Positions 54,652 to 63,286 of a stretch of 64,000 nt of DNA are shown here, one piece after another. The position numbers were made by a program, and so were the translations under genes. The number at the start of each line of letters is the position of its first letter. Position 1 is the first letter of the stretch. The notes below the pieces were generated by a model. That model searched no databases. It was not told the origin of the DNA and was given only the letters and a program-made list of their open reading frames with translations. Source of the DNA: Acidimicrobiia bacterium. Its GTDB lineage: Bacteria; Actinomycetota; Acidimicrobiia; Spongiisociales; ZC4RG35. Location of the stretch: positions 1,760,001 to 1,824,000 of the forward strand of contig OZ244034.1 in NCBI GenBank assembly GCA_965215185.1, in the 5' to 3' direction.

Positions 54652-55415
54652 GGGGTGAGCTTTCTCTCCGCGTACAGCAGCGACCGGGTGAGGATGATGC
54701 TCACCAGCCCCAACAGCAATACCGGGCCGAACAGCTTCTCAGACTGAAAGAAGCGCCCGAACGTCAAGAGCAGAGCGCCCACCCCCGCCGCTCCGGCGGT
54801 CATCTCCGCCACGATCACTCCCACCAGCGCCCTGATGATGCCCACTCTCATCCCCACGAAGATGCCGGGGATGGAGCCGGGAACCAGCACGGTGCGGGTG
54901 ATGTCCCACCGACTGGCGGTGAATGAGCGGGCCGTCTCCTCCAGTTCGGCCGAGACCGTGTTGACCGCCGCGTAGGTGTTGATGATGATGGGAAAGATGG
55001 AGGCGAGCACACTCATCATCACCCGCAGGTTGAAGCCGATCCCGATCAGCAATATGACCAGGGGGATCAGGGTGATCCGGGGAGTGGAGTAAAGGGCTGC
55101 CACATAGGGATCCAAGGCCACCTTGACCACCCGAATCCGCGCCATCCCGAACCCGACCAGGATGCCGCCGATCACCGAGATGGCATATCCCACTCCCACC
55201 GCTTTGAAGGTCTCCACAAAAGCGGGGATGATCCGATCAAGATTGTCAATGAAGGCCGCTCCTATCTCCCACGGATAGGACGCCCAGCGGGGCGCCGCCC
55301 GGCCCGCCAGTTCCCAGGCGCCCACTACCAACACCACCGAGGCCACTCTCACCAATCTGGGCTGAACCCGCCATCCTCCGATCGACAGGCGGACTTCACT
55401 AGCCAGGGTGGTCAT
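54639..55415 (-). CDS. NitT/TauT family ABC permease
   Basis: P.I.LIP, ETARSF.A, PG.IP.IF.G.R, AEM. Confidence 0.92.
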   Translation of the reverse strand: MTTLASEVRLSIGGWRVQPRLVRVASVVLVVGAWELAGRAAPRWASYPWEIGAAFIDNLDRIIPAFVETFKAVGVGYAISVIGGILVGFGMARIRVVKVALDPYVAALYSTPRITLIPLVILLIGIGFNLRVMMSVLASIFPIIINTYAAVNTVSAELEETARSFTASRWDITRTVLVPGSIPGIFVGMRVGIIRALVGVIVAEMTAGAAGVGALLLTFGRFFQSEKLFGPVLLLGLVSIILTRSLLYAERKLTPWQE

Positions 55416-56170
55416 CGCTTACCGATCTCTTCCTCCAAAAGCAGCCACACCTGGTTGCGCAGTTCCGCAAAGCGCGGGTCGGCCCGCACTACGGTGGTCG
55501 AGCGGGGACGCTCGAACGGCACCTGGTATTCCACCAGCACGCGGCCCGGGTTATTTCCCATCACCACGATCCGGTCCGACAGGTAGATCGCCTCGTCAAT
55601 GGAGTGGGTGACGAACAGCACGGTTAGGTCCTGAGAGGCGGCGATCCGAGCCAACTCGTCCTGGAGGTACTCCCGGGTGAGGGCGTCCAGGGATCCGAAC
55701 GGCTCGTCCATCAGCATCAGCCGGGGCTCGGTGGCCAAGGCCCGGGCCAGCCCCACCCGCTGCTTCATCCCTCCCGAGATCTGCGACGGATAATGGTTTT
55801 CGTATCCATCCAGGTCCAACAGCCGCAAGAAATGGGCAGCCTTTTCCAGGCGCTCGGCCTTGGAAACCCCCTGCACCTCCAGCCCGTAGGCCACGTTGTT
55901 GATGGCGGTTCGCCAGGGAAGCAGGTTGAAATGCTGGAACACCATCGCCTTTTCGCGGGAAGGACCCGTGCTTTCCTTGCCTTCCAGCCACACATTCCCG
56001 CCGGTTTGCGGCAAGAGGCCCGCCACGATCTTGAGGAGGGTGGTCTTCCCGCATCCGCTGGGGCCAAGCAAGGATACGAACTCGCCCTGGCCCACCCGCA
56101 GGTCCAACTTCTCCAGCACCCAGGGGCCTTCGGCTGTAAACCGCTTATCTACCGACTGTACTGATAACAC
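55412..56170 (-). CDS. NitT/TauT family ABC ATP-binding protein
   Basis: GPSGCGKTT, ISGGMKQR, MDEPF..LD, VTHSIDEA. Confidence 0.94.
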   Translation of the reverse strand: MLSVQSVDKRFTAEGPWVLEKLDLRVGQGEFVSLLGPSGCGKTTLLKIVAGLLPQTGGNVWLEGKESTGPSREKAMVFQHFNLLPWRTAINNVAYGLEVQGVSKAERLEKAAHFLRLLDLDGYENHYPSQISGGMKQRVGLARALATEPRLMLMDEPFGSLDALTREYLQDELARIAASQDLTVLFVTHSIDEAIYLSDRIVVMGNNPGRVLVEYQVPFERPRSTTVVRADPRFAELRNQVWLLLEEEIGKR

Positions 56171-56358
56171 TGATACCTCGATTCAGCGTGAGGATGGAAC
56201 GCAAACTCTACTTTGCTAGGCATCCCAGGAGCACCCACAAGGGAAAACGCTCATAAAGACCGCGCGCCCTCTCCCCCATCCAGAAGTGCTCCAAACCTGA
56301 GAATATCCCTCCTAAGTCGCGAAACCGCCGGTCGCCGTCTGCCGCCCCTGTTCACAGG

Positions 56359-57609
56359 TCAGCCACCGCCGTTGAACACCACCGGGTAGCTGAGCCAGCG
56401 GGTCCACCGCTTGGTCTTGGTATCGGGCACGGGAGGCTTGTCGGGGTGGGGCCCCACGCCGCGCTCGAACACCGCTTGCAAAGCGATCGGCACCATCCCG
56501 TAAAGGTGGCTGTCACCGGGCGGCGTTCCCCGACGCTGCGGCAGGCCCACCGCCAAGGTCCGTCCGATGCAAAAGTGCATGCCCGCCCCGAAGCTGAGCC
56601 CATAGGGAGGAATCCCGTCGGGAACTTCCCGGTTGGGGTTGAAAAGCGCCGCGTCGGGTCCGTAGGCGACCGGGTCGGTGTTGGCCGAGATGGTGTCGAG
56701 CACGCACACCACTCCCTTGGGCACCTGCCTGCCCGCCACCTCGGTGTCGACCAGCGCCCGGCGCAGGATACCCGGGTTGGTGGGACGGACCCGAAGCGCC
56801 TCGTGGACGCACCGCTGGGCAAAAGCCGGATCGTCAACCACCCGCTCCCGATCCTCGGGGTGATCGCGGCACCAGGCAAAGATCAGATGGGAGGTGTTGG
56901 TGAGCGTCTGCGTGCTGGTGTGGGCGCCGGCGGAGAAAAACAGAGTGGATTCCCGCTCGATGAGGTCGGTGTCCATCCCCGAGGTGGGCTGGTTGACCAA
57001 CAAGGTGGTCAAAAGGTCATATAAGAGGTCCACATCCTCCCCCGCTGCCCGGCGCTCCACCTGCGACGCCCGGTCCTCTCGCGACTCGGTCATGAACTCC
57101 GAGCGGAACTCGGCGAAGACTTTGCGCATCTGCGCCTTGATCACCTCGGGGTCTTCTTTGGCCGCGTCGATGGCGCCTCCCAGCGCGAACTGGTGAAGAA
57201 AGTAGCGAAGGCGCTGGCGATCGTTGATCGAATCCCAGTTGAAGTCGATCCCGGCGGTGCGGCAAGCCAACACCACATTGAAGAGCCCCCCGATCTCCAT
57301 CAGATCAGACTCGAGCGGATCTACGAACTTTTCCAGCGTGTGCGCCACGATGCCGGGAAACATCTCGTTCTCGTAAAGCTCGAACATATCCCGGCGGAAC
57401 AGCCGGTTCTCCATGCGGCGACGTTCCCGATGCTCGGCGCCGTGCAACACCGATAAGGTGCCCTCTTTCAGATTGCCCGTCTCGAAGCGTTCCCGGTCGA
57501 GGCTGCGCGACAGGTCGTTGTTGGTAAGCGCTCCTCGGACCGCTTCGTAGCCGGTCAGGGTGATGCTCTCAAAACCTGCCGGTCCTTCCATGCCTTGGGC
57601 GCCTTCCAT
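56359..57609 (-). CDS. Cytochrome P450
   Basis: H...RR, AGAHTS I-helix, EALR, AN.DP, FGAGMHFCIG heme motif. Confidence 0.92.
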   Translation of the reverse strand: MEGAQGMEGPAGFESITLTGYEAVRGALTNNDLSRSLDRERFETGNLKEGTLSVLHGAEHRERRRMENRLFRRDMFELYENEMFPGIVAHTLEKFVDPLESDLMEIGGLFNVVLACRTAGIDFNWDSINDRQRLRYFLHQFALGGAIDAAKEDPEVIKAQMRKVFAEFRSEFMTESREDRASQVERRAAGEDVDLLYDLLTTLLVNQPTSGMDTDLIERESTLFFSAGAHTSTQTLTNTSHLIFAWCRDHPEDRERVVDDPAFAQRCVHEALRVRPTNPGILRRALVDTEVAGRQVPKGVVCVLDTISANTDPVAYGPDAALFNPNREVPDGIPPYGLSFGAGMHFCIGRTLAVGLPQRRGTPPGDSHLYGMVPIALQAVFERGVGPHPDKPPVPDTKTKRWTRWLSYPVVFNGGG

Positions 57610-57845
57610 CAGCAGCCACCCACCCCGTTCGAGCCGTTCGAGCCGGAGGTCAAGGTAATCGCCCCCGACGGGCAGTTCTCCACCGTCCCGGCCAGCATGG
57701 CGGTTGCGGCGTTCTCGACTCCCCCCTCCACCAATGTCGGTTGCCCCTCATCGTCGAACTCGTACACATCAGGAGCGAAAAGCACACACTCGCCGCTCTG
57801 ATAGCAATAGTTGTGGTCGATCTCTATTCGGTCACCCGCGGCCAT
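57609..57845 (-). CDS. Ferredoxin ([3Fe-4S]-type, P450-associated)
   Basis: CYQSGEC...AP.V...D, CPSGAI; 1-nt overlap with the P450 gene. Confidence 0.9.
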   Translation of the reverse strand: MAAGDRIEIDHNYCYQSGECVLFAPDVYEFDDEGQPTLVEGGVENAATAMLAGTVENCPSGAITLTSGSNGSNGVGGC

Positions 57846-57928
57846 CCATTTTCCTTTCTGGGATAACTCACCGATGGCTCACGGCCACCGGAGAGCTTCC
57901 AACCTCCGGGACCCTAAGGGCCCAATTC

Positions 57929-57983
57929 CAATCGGAGGGCGGTGTCCTCCCCGCTTTGGAGAAGGACACCGCTCCCCGGATTG
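57929..57983. terminator. Long imperfect hairpin downstream of the binding-protein gene (mRNA stabiliser or partial terminator)
   Basis: caatc..GCGGTGTCCT-loop-AGGACACCGC..gattg. Confidence 0.55.
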
Positions 57984-58035
57984 CGGCTTTTCCTCCCAGC
58001 CGTAAACCGACCGGGAGAACAAACGCCGTTAGTCG

Positions 58036-59043
58036 TTACTGCCTACCGTTGCGCTCCAGGTAGTCGTCCACGTAGTCGGTCACCACCCAGTTGGCCGGAT
58101 CTTCCACCGTGGGAGGCAGGTTGCCCACCTCTTGCTCGATGGAAATGGTGGCGTTCATAAGCGATGGCTCCAGACCGCCGTTCACCGCGAACAGCCCGAT
58201 CCGAATGAACTCGTCATAGGCGCGGCTCTTGGCCGCATCGGACAGTCCCTCGGTCACTTCGGCAGCAGCTGCAATGTACTCGGCCTTGTTGCCGTTCGCC
58301 CAGCGCACCGAGTCGATGAACCCGTCGATGGCCAGTTGCGCCAGGTTGGGATTCTCCTCCAGCCAGGCCCGGTCGACCCACACTCCGTGGAACAGGTAGG
58401 CGCCCACCGCGTCAGCTATCACATAGAGCGGGTAAAGACCCTGCTCCACCGCGTTGAAGCCTTCGGCAAAGTGTGCCGCGCCAGCTGCGGTCTGCCCAGA
58501 GACCAAAGCGGCCATCCGTGCGCCGGTGCCACCCACCTCGACAAACTCGAGGTCGTCGATGTTGATGCCTTCCCTGGTGAGGGCGGCCACCGACAGCGAG
58601 GTGCTAACCGATCCCGGTCCGGCGGTGCCGATCTGGCGGCCGTACAACTGTTCCAACTCGGTCACATCCGGTGAGGACACCAACAGGTAGTCCGACTGTT
58701 GGACATCGCCGGCGATCATCACCACGTCGGCGCCGGTCTCTTCACGCAGGAAAATGCCCGGAGGCACCTGTCCCACCACCATGTCGACATCTCCGGAAAC
58801 CAAGGCCCGGAAGGGCGGGGAGGTTCCTTCGAAGATAATCGCCTCGGCGTCTATGCCGTGGTCCGTATTGAGGTCATCTAACCAAGTGAAGTTCATAATC
58901 TGAGTGAAGTCGGGCTGCCCGGAAAAACCGACCTTGAGGGAACTGGCTTCTGGATCATCGGATCCACAAGCCGCCGCCACCAAGGCCAAAGCGGCGAACA
59001 GCACCGCCGCCTTTACTACAGAACGCTTCCTACTGCCAATCAT
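58036..59043 (-). CDS. NMT1/SsuA-like ABC substrate-binding lipoprotein
   Basis: Lipobox AAAC, AL.SGD.D, L.G..IG, R.AAL.SG. Confidence 0.9.
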   Translation of the reverse strand: MIGSRKRSVVKAAVLFAALALVAAACGSDDPEASSLKVGFSGQPDFTQIMNFTWLDDLNTDHGIDAEAIIFEGTSPPFRALVSGDVDMVVGQVPPGIFLREETGADVVMIAGDVQQSDYLLVSSPDVTELEQLYGRQIGTAGPGSVSTSLSVAALTREGINIDDLEFVEVGGTGARMAALVSGQTAAGAAHFAEGFNAVEQGLYPLYVIADAVGAYLFHGVWVDRAWLEENPNLAQLAIDGFIDSVRWANGNKAEYIAAAAEVTEGLSDAAKSRAYDEFIRIGLFAVNGGLEPSLMNATISIEQEVGNLPPTVEDPANWVVTDYVDDYLERNGRQ

Positions 59044-59202
59044 TGTTGTTTTCTCCTGAATCTCTATACACCAAGAGAGCGGACTTTCCAGCCGCCATCT
59101 TCTTGTTCACGGTACTAGAAAACACCCGCCCCCACGCTGGAAAGGCGGGAAGTTTTTGGACCTGCCTCCCATGATACGCCGGTGCCTTCTCAGCCCAGCA
59201 TG

Positions 59203-59364
59203 CCCATCAAAGCGATCAAGGCGCCGAGGCCTCATCTCCAACCCACCAACCTGACTCACCATCTCGGTGCGCACCTTCTCGACCTCCAAGCGGACCCCAT
59301 GGATCTGCTCCCTCAGGTCGCCTTGGGCCTCGTCCTTTTGTTCCTGCAACTCGATTGCCGTCAT
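59203..59364 (-). pseudogene. Small coiled-coil plus C-terminal TM protein (DUF1640/CCDC90-like), frameshifted or deleted
   Basis: LREQI..VR.EVEKVRTEM..LEMR, then GLGALIALMGMLG* in another frame; GGAGG RBS. Confidence 0.45.
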
Positions 59365-59478
59365 GCTGTATCCTCCCGTGTCCGACTGTTACCTCCCGGG
59401 GTTGACCACCAACGCCTGTTCCCTCACATCATAAGGACGCCCGAGTCGAAATCTAGCCCCTGGTACCCTTCTCCTCCT

Positions 59479-60240
59479 ATGAAAATGTTCGACCTGACCG
59501 GCAAAGTGGCCGTGGTCACCGGGGGCAACCGGGGGATCGGATTGGGGATGGCCCGCGGGCTGGCCAAGGCGGGCGCGGCAGTGGCGATATGGGGACGTAA
59601 TGAGGAATACAACCAGGCCGCCGTCCAACAATTAAAGGATCTGGGCGCCGAGGCTCTCCCGGTGCCTTGCGACGTCGCCTCCGAAGAGCAGGTCGAGGCG
59701 GCCGCGGCGGCCACCTTCGACCACTTCGGACAAGTCGACTCGATCTTCGCCAACGCCGGCATCGGCCGAAGTGCCCTCTTTCCCGACCTGCACCTAAAAG
59801 CCTGGGAGAAGGTGATGGCCGTCAACGCCACCGGAACCATGCTGGCCATCCGCTCGGTGACCCCCGCCATGATCGAACAGGGCGACGGAGGAACAATCGT
59901 GGTCACCTCCTCCATCTCCGCCCACTTCGGGATCCCCTATCTCCCCCACTACGCGGCCAGCAAAGCCGCTCAACTGGGACTGGTCCGCACCCTGGCGGTG
60001 TCACTGGCCCCCCACCACATCCGAGTCAACGCGGTGAGCCCGGGATGGATCGCCACCGAAATGACCGGACCCGAACAAAACCGCGGCGACTTCACCCAAT
60101 ATATTAACGACAGGGTCCCCTTGGCCCGGTGGGGAACCATCGAAGAGTTCGAAGGCATCGCCGTCTACCTGGCCTCCGACGCCTCCGCTTTCACCACCGG
60201 CGCCGAAATCCGCATCGACGGGGGCTTCTCGGTCTATTAA
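59479..60240 (+). CDS. SDR family oxidoreductase
   Basis: FDLTGKVAVVTGGNRGIG, NAG, YAASK, PG.I.T, DGG. Confidence 0.93.
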   Translation: MKMFDLTGKVAVVTGGNRGIGLGMARGLAKAGAAVAIWGRNEEYNQAAVQQLKDLGAEALPVPCDVASEEQVEAAAAATFDHFGQVDSIFANAGIGRSALFPDLHLKAWEKVMAVNATGTMLAIRSVTPAMIEQGDGGTIVVTSSISAHFGIPYLPHYAASKAAQLGLVRTLAVSLAPHHIRVNAVSPGWIATEMTGPEQNRGDFTQYINDRVPLARWGTIEEFEGIAVYLASDASAFTTGAEIRIDGGFSVY

Positions 60241-60615
60241 CCCCCGGTAAGGTCTTGATACTTGTCGGGGGCAGTGTGTGTGACGTTTGTTGAGTTGCCC
60301 GCCTCCCGATGGTAAATGCAAGCTTGCTATAAGGAGGTAAGTGAACCGCACCTCTCCCGAGATGCGGGCTAACAACCTGAACCGGCTGGCTGGTCGAGCT
60401 TCATAAGCCCGCGTTGGGCCAGTCCGAAAATGCCCCGGCTTACCCCCGAGTCGAGCACCGAGTCCTCGGCCAGCAACGCCGTGATCTTCGGCTTGGCCGC
60501 CGGGTGTGGCAAGGCTCGTGACCGCGCTAGTTGGGCTGTCTGGTGTCCCGCCAGAGCCGGACAGGAAGAACCGTTTGCGTTGCTATGTCACGATTGGCAA
60601 GGGCACACCGGCGCC

Positions 60616-60941
60616 TCATAGCCCTCTTTTGTCCAAGGCTTTGAGCAGTTCCTCGGTTTTGTCTTCCAAGCGTTGCACGTCCTCGACGTCCGGCCCGAAC
60701 CTCGGCTCGCGAACATGGGGAGGGTCTCGGTGAGACACGGGTTCTCTAGTGCCGAACCGGCGTCGTCGAGTTCGTAAAACTCGATTGTCCACTGGCACGG
60801 TTGGGAAAAACTTCCCGGCATGAACGCCTTGACTAGATAGCCGGCCTCTTCGAACGAGCCGTACAAAACGAGCGGTTCTGCCCCCGGCGTTGAATCTGAC
60901 GTCACGCCTTCGACGATAACACTTCCGAGAGGTTTGTCCAC
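60616..60941 (-). CDS. Hypothetical protein, probably frameshifted near 60715
   Basis: ORF 60588-60941 continues more naturally as EPRFGPDVEDVQRLEDKTEELLKALDKRGL in the 60616 frame. Confidence 0.5.
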
Positions 60942-60969
60942 TCGTGTCGTCTAATAGCCAAGCCCTTTC

Positions 60970-60990
60970 TGTCCGGTAACTTGCAGGGCT
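60970..60990 (+). repeat. Putative recombination site A: TGTCCGGTAACTTGCAGGGCT
   Basis: Intergenic; 12-mer identical to sites B and C. Confidence 0.8.
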
Positions 60991-61011
60991 CGTCGGTAGC
61001 CTCCTCTTTTA

Positions 61012-61392
61012 ATGGCAACCCCGAGTCCCGATCTCCTGCCTTCGATCGGCACCACCGTCGAGTGGCTGCAGCAACTGGACAACTACGAACTCAGTTACGG
61101 TGTCATGCCTCCAGAGCTGCTGTGCGGCCGCCAGAGCCCGGCATACCTGGCACTGGCCTATGCCCGCTCCCTGGGGGGGGTTTCCGGTCTTTGTGGCCAC
61201 GACGAATGGTCCGAGTGGACTTCGGAGGAGATGGAACAGGCGATCTGGTGGCTAATCGGGTTCTTCGAGGATCCCGGGTTCTTCCGGTTCTTGGAAGCCA
61301 ACGGCTGGCCCGACGGGTGGGCTCCCCCGCCGATTCCCCAGATTTCGGGAGTGGAAGCCGAGCAGCACCCCGAGTGCCGCTGCTCGGGGTAG
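61012..61392 (+). CDS. Hypothetical protein (126 aa), cargo between sites A and B
   Basis: ORF fills the inter-site interval; followed by a GGCCC-tttc-GGGCC hairpin. Confidence 0.6.
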   Translation: MATPSPDLLPSIGTTVEWLQQLDNYELSYGVMPPELLCGRQSPAYLALAYARSLGGVSGLCGHDEWSEWTSEEMEQAIWWLIGFFEDPGFFRFLEANGWPDGWAPPPIPQISGVEAEQHPECRCSG

Positions 61393-61421
61393 CGGCCCTT
61401 TCGGGCCAGGGTCGCTCCAAC

Positions 61422-61435
61422 TGTCCGGTAACTGC
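61422..61435 (+). repeat. Putative recombination site B: TGTCCGGTAACTGC
   Basis: Intergenic direct copy. Confidence 0.8.
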
Positions 61436-61497
61436 TCGGCCCCTGCCAATGCGGATGTTTTCTTACTTGGGTTCCTACTTTTAATAGGGTTAGCGGT

Positions 61498-61710
61498 ATG
61501 AAGATCAGTATCAGTCTGTCCAGCGAAGATCTCGAGTTTCTCGACAGATACAAGCGTGTTCACCAGGCGTCCCGGTCGGCTGCTGTACGGCGGGCTGTAA
61601 GGCTTCTCCGCCTGTCCGAGTTGTCATCGGACTACGCGGCGGCGTTTGATGAGTGGGCCGATCATGGCCACAACGAGGCGTGGGATGCCACCGTTGCCGA
61701 CGGGGTTTAG
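61498..61710 (+). CDS. Ribbon-helix-helix antitoxin (MazE9-like)
   Basis: MKISISLS.ED..FLD.Y.......SRSA....AV..LR...L..DYA.A..EW. Confidence 0.88.
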   Translation: MKISISLSSEDLEFLDRYKRVHQASRSAAVRRAVRLLRLSELSSDYAAAFDEWADHGHNEAWDATVADGV

Positions 61711-61713
61711 TTG

Positions 61714-62060
61714 ATGCGTCGCGGAGACATCCGCGTCGTGAATCTCGGTAACGTCGTCGGTGTCGAGTCAGCCCGGATCCGGCCGGCTGTGATCGTCAGC
61801 AATGACGGCGCCAACACGATTGCGGCACGGCTTGGACGTGGGGTTGTCACAGTCGTTCCTGTCACGTCGAACACGAAACGGGTTTACCCGTTCCAGGTTC
61901 TGTTAGACGCCGCCGAGACGGGACTAGACCGCGATTCCAAGGCACAAGCCGAACAGGTGAGATCGGTCGCTGTCGAAAGGGTCGGCAACCTGATCGGTCA
62001 CATGCCTGGGGATATCTGGGCCAACTCGACGACGCGCTCCGGCTCCACCTGGCCATCTGA
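61714..62060 (+). CDS. mazF: PemK/MazF family endoribonuclease toxin; frameshift near 62020
   Basis: MRRGDI..V.L....G.E....RPAVIVSND, VVPVTSN, DSKAQAEQVRSV; canonical tail QLDDALRLHLAI* lies in a shifted frame ending at 62060. Confidence 0.88.
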
Positions 62061-62078
62061 GTCGGAAACACGGCTTCG

Positions 62079-62097
62079 TGTCCGGTAACTGCCAGGG
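62079..62097 (+). repeat. Putative recombination site C: TGTCCGGTAACTGCCAGGG
   Basis: Between the corrected mazF stop and the recombinase; 17/19 identical to site A. Confidence 0.8.
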
Positions 62098-62159
62098 GAT
62101 AGCCCGAGAAGAAAAACAGCCGACTTGTCTCTGCCGTCGGGTAGGTTTCGGGAGAGTTT

Positions 62160-63140
62160 ATGCGCCTGGCTCAACCCCCATCCGAACCCCGCGCTGTCGC
62201 AGTGGTGTCGGTGGAGACGGCTGCCAATTTGGCGGGGTCTCGTGCGGTTGAGACTCGTCGTGCTTATCGGCGGATGGTCGCCCGGTGGGCCGCTTGGGCT
62301 ACCAGTCGGGGTGCTTGGCCGAAGACGTGGGAGCCGCCTCCGTCGGATGGTTGGCGGGCTGCCACCGCCGGGGACATGGCTGATTGGCTTTCTTTTCTGG
62401 CTTCCGAGGGTCTAGGGATCTCTGCGGTGCGTATAGCCCGTGCTGCAGTGTCGGCCGCGCATCGGGAGGGTGCCAGCCTCCAGGTGCTGGCCGGCGGGGA
62501 GGGCTTGGCTGATCCGGCGCAGGATTGGTTGGTGTCCGCCACGATCGGCGGGATCGCCCGCCGATCGGACCCACCGTCCCAGGCGCCCGGGCTTCGCGTT
62601 CATGGGTTCGCTCGGATCCTGGCAGTGGTGGAACTTGAGGCCACCCCGGCCACTCCCCGGGGACGCCGTGCCATCCGCGACGCGGCGCTTCTGTGGATAA
62701 TGCGCGACGGGCTGTTACGCCGAGGAGAAGCCGCAGCACTGCAGTGGGACGACCTGGCTGTCGAGGAAGACGGCTCAGGCAGGCTCACCGTGCGGCGTTC
62801 CAAGACCGACCAGACCGGCGAAGGAGCAGTGCTGTGGATCAGCCCCCCCGCCACCGAAGCCTTGCAACGCTGGCGAGAAATAGCCGCCAGGCCCTCGATG
62901 TTCGATCTGACCGGCCGTTCAGTAGGACGGGTGGTCACCCGCCGCGCCGAGGCGGTGGGCCTTTCGGCCTCAGGCCATTCGCTGCGGGTGGGCATGGCCC
63001 AGGACCTGGCCGCCGCCGGCGCCAACTTCCCCGAGCTCTGCCAGGCGGGACGGTGGCAATCACCCACAACGGCCATTCGATATATCCGTTCCCAGACAGC
63101 CGACCGGGGAGCGGTGGCCCGCTACTACCGCCGCCCCTAA
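62160..63140 (+). CDS. Tyrosine recombinase (Cre-like)
   Basis: RD.ALL....DGLLRR.E, SKTDQ.GEG, GHSLRVG, GRW and RY: the R-K-H-R-W-Y catalytic set. Confidence 0.93.
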   Translation: MRLAQPPSEPRAVAVVSVETAANLAGSRAVETRRAYRRMVARWAAWATSRGAWPKTWEPPPSDGWRAATAGDMADWLSFLASEGLGISAVRIARAAVSAAHREGASLQVLAGGEGLADPAQDWLVSATIGGIARRSDPPSQAPGLRVHGFARILAVVELEATPATPRGRRAIRDAALLWIMRDGLLRRGEAAALQWDDLAVEEDGSGRLTVRRSKTDQTGEGAVLWISPPATEALQRWREIAARPSMFDLTGRSVGRVVTRRAEAVGLSASGHSLRVGMAQDLAAAGANFPELCQAGRWQSPTTAIRYIRSQTADRGAVARYYRRP

Positions 63141-63151
63141 AGAAATCCCTC

Positions 63152-63179
63152 GTGTCCTCAAAAGAAAATTACCGGACAC
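63152..63179 (-). repeat. Putative recombination site D: 28-bp 11-6-11 imperfect palindrome GTGTCCTCAAA-AGAAAA-TTACCGGACAC
   Basis: Right arm is the reverse complement of GTGTCCGGTAA; 11 nt after the recombinase stop. Confidence 0.7.
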
Positions 63180-63265
63180 AAAATCGCTCTCGAGGCCGGG
63201 GGTCCGAGGGGGTCCAAATGGGTTCGCCTCGTGTTAGCAAGCCGAGGCATTTACCCGAGCTGCCC

Positions 63266-63286
63266 AGCCCTGCCATTATCCGGACA
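63266..63286 (-). repeat. Putative recombination site E, reverse complement TGTCCGGATAATGGCAGGGCT
   Basis: 17/21 identical to site A, inverted orientation. Confidence 0.7.

Noticed and set aside
60970-63286. Classical integron or DDE transposon with TGT...ACA ends
   Set aside because: The recombinase is not IntI-like, the sites lack attC cores, and there is no transposase or visible target-site duplication.
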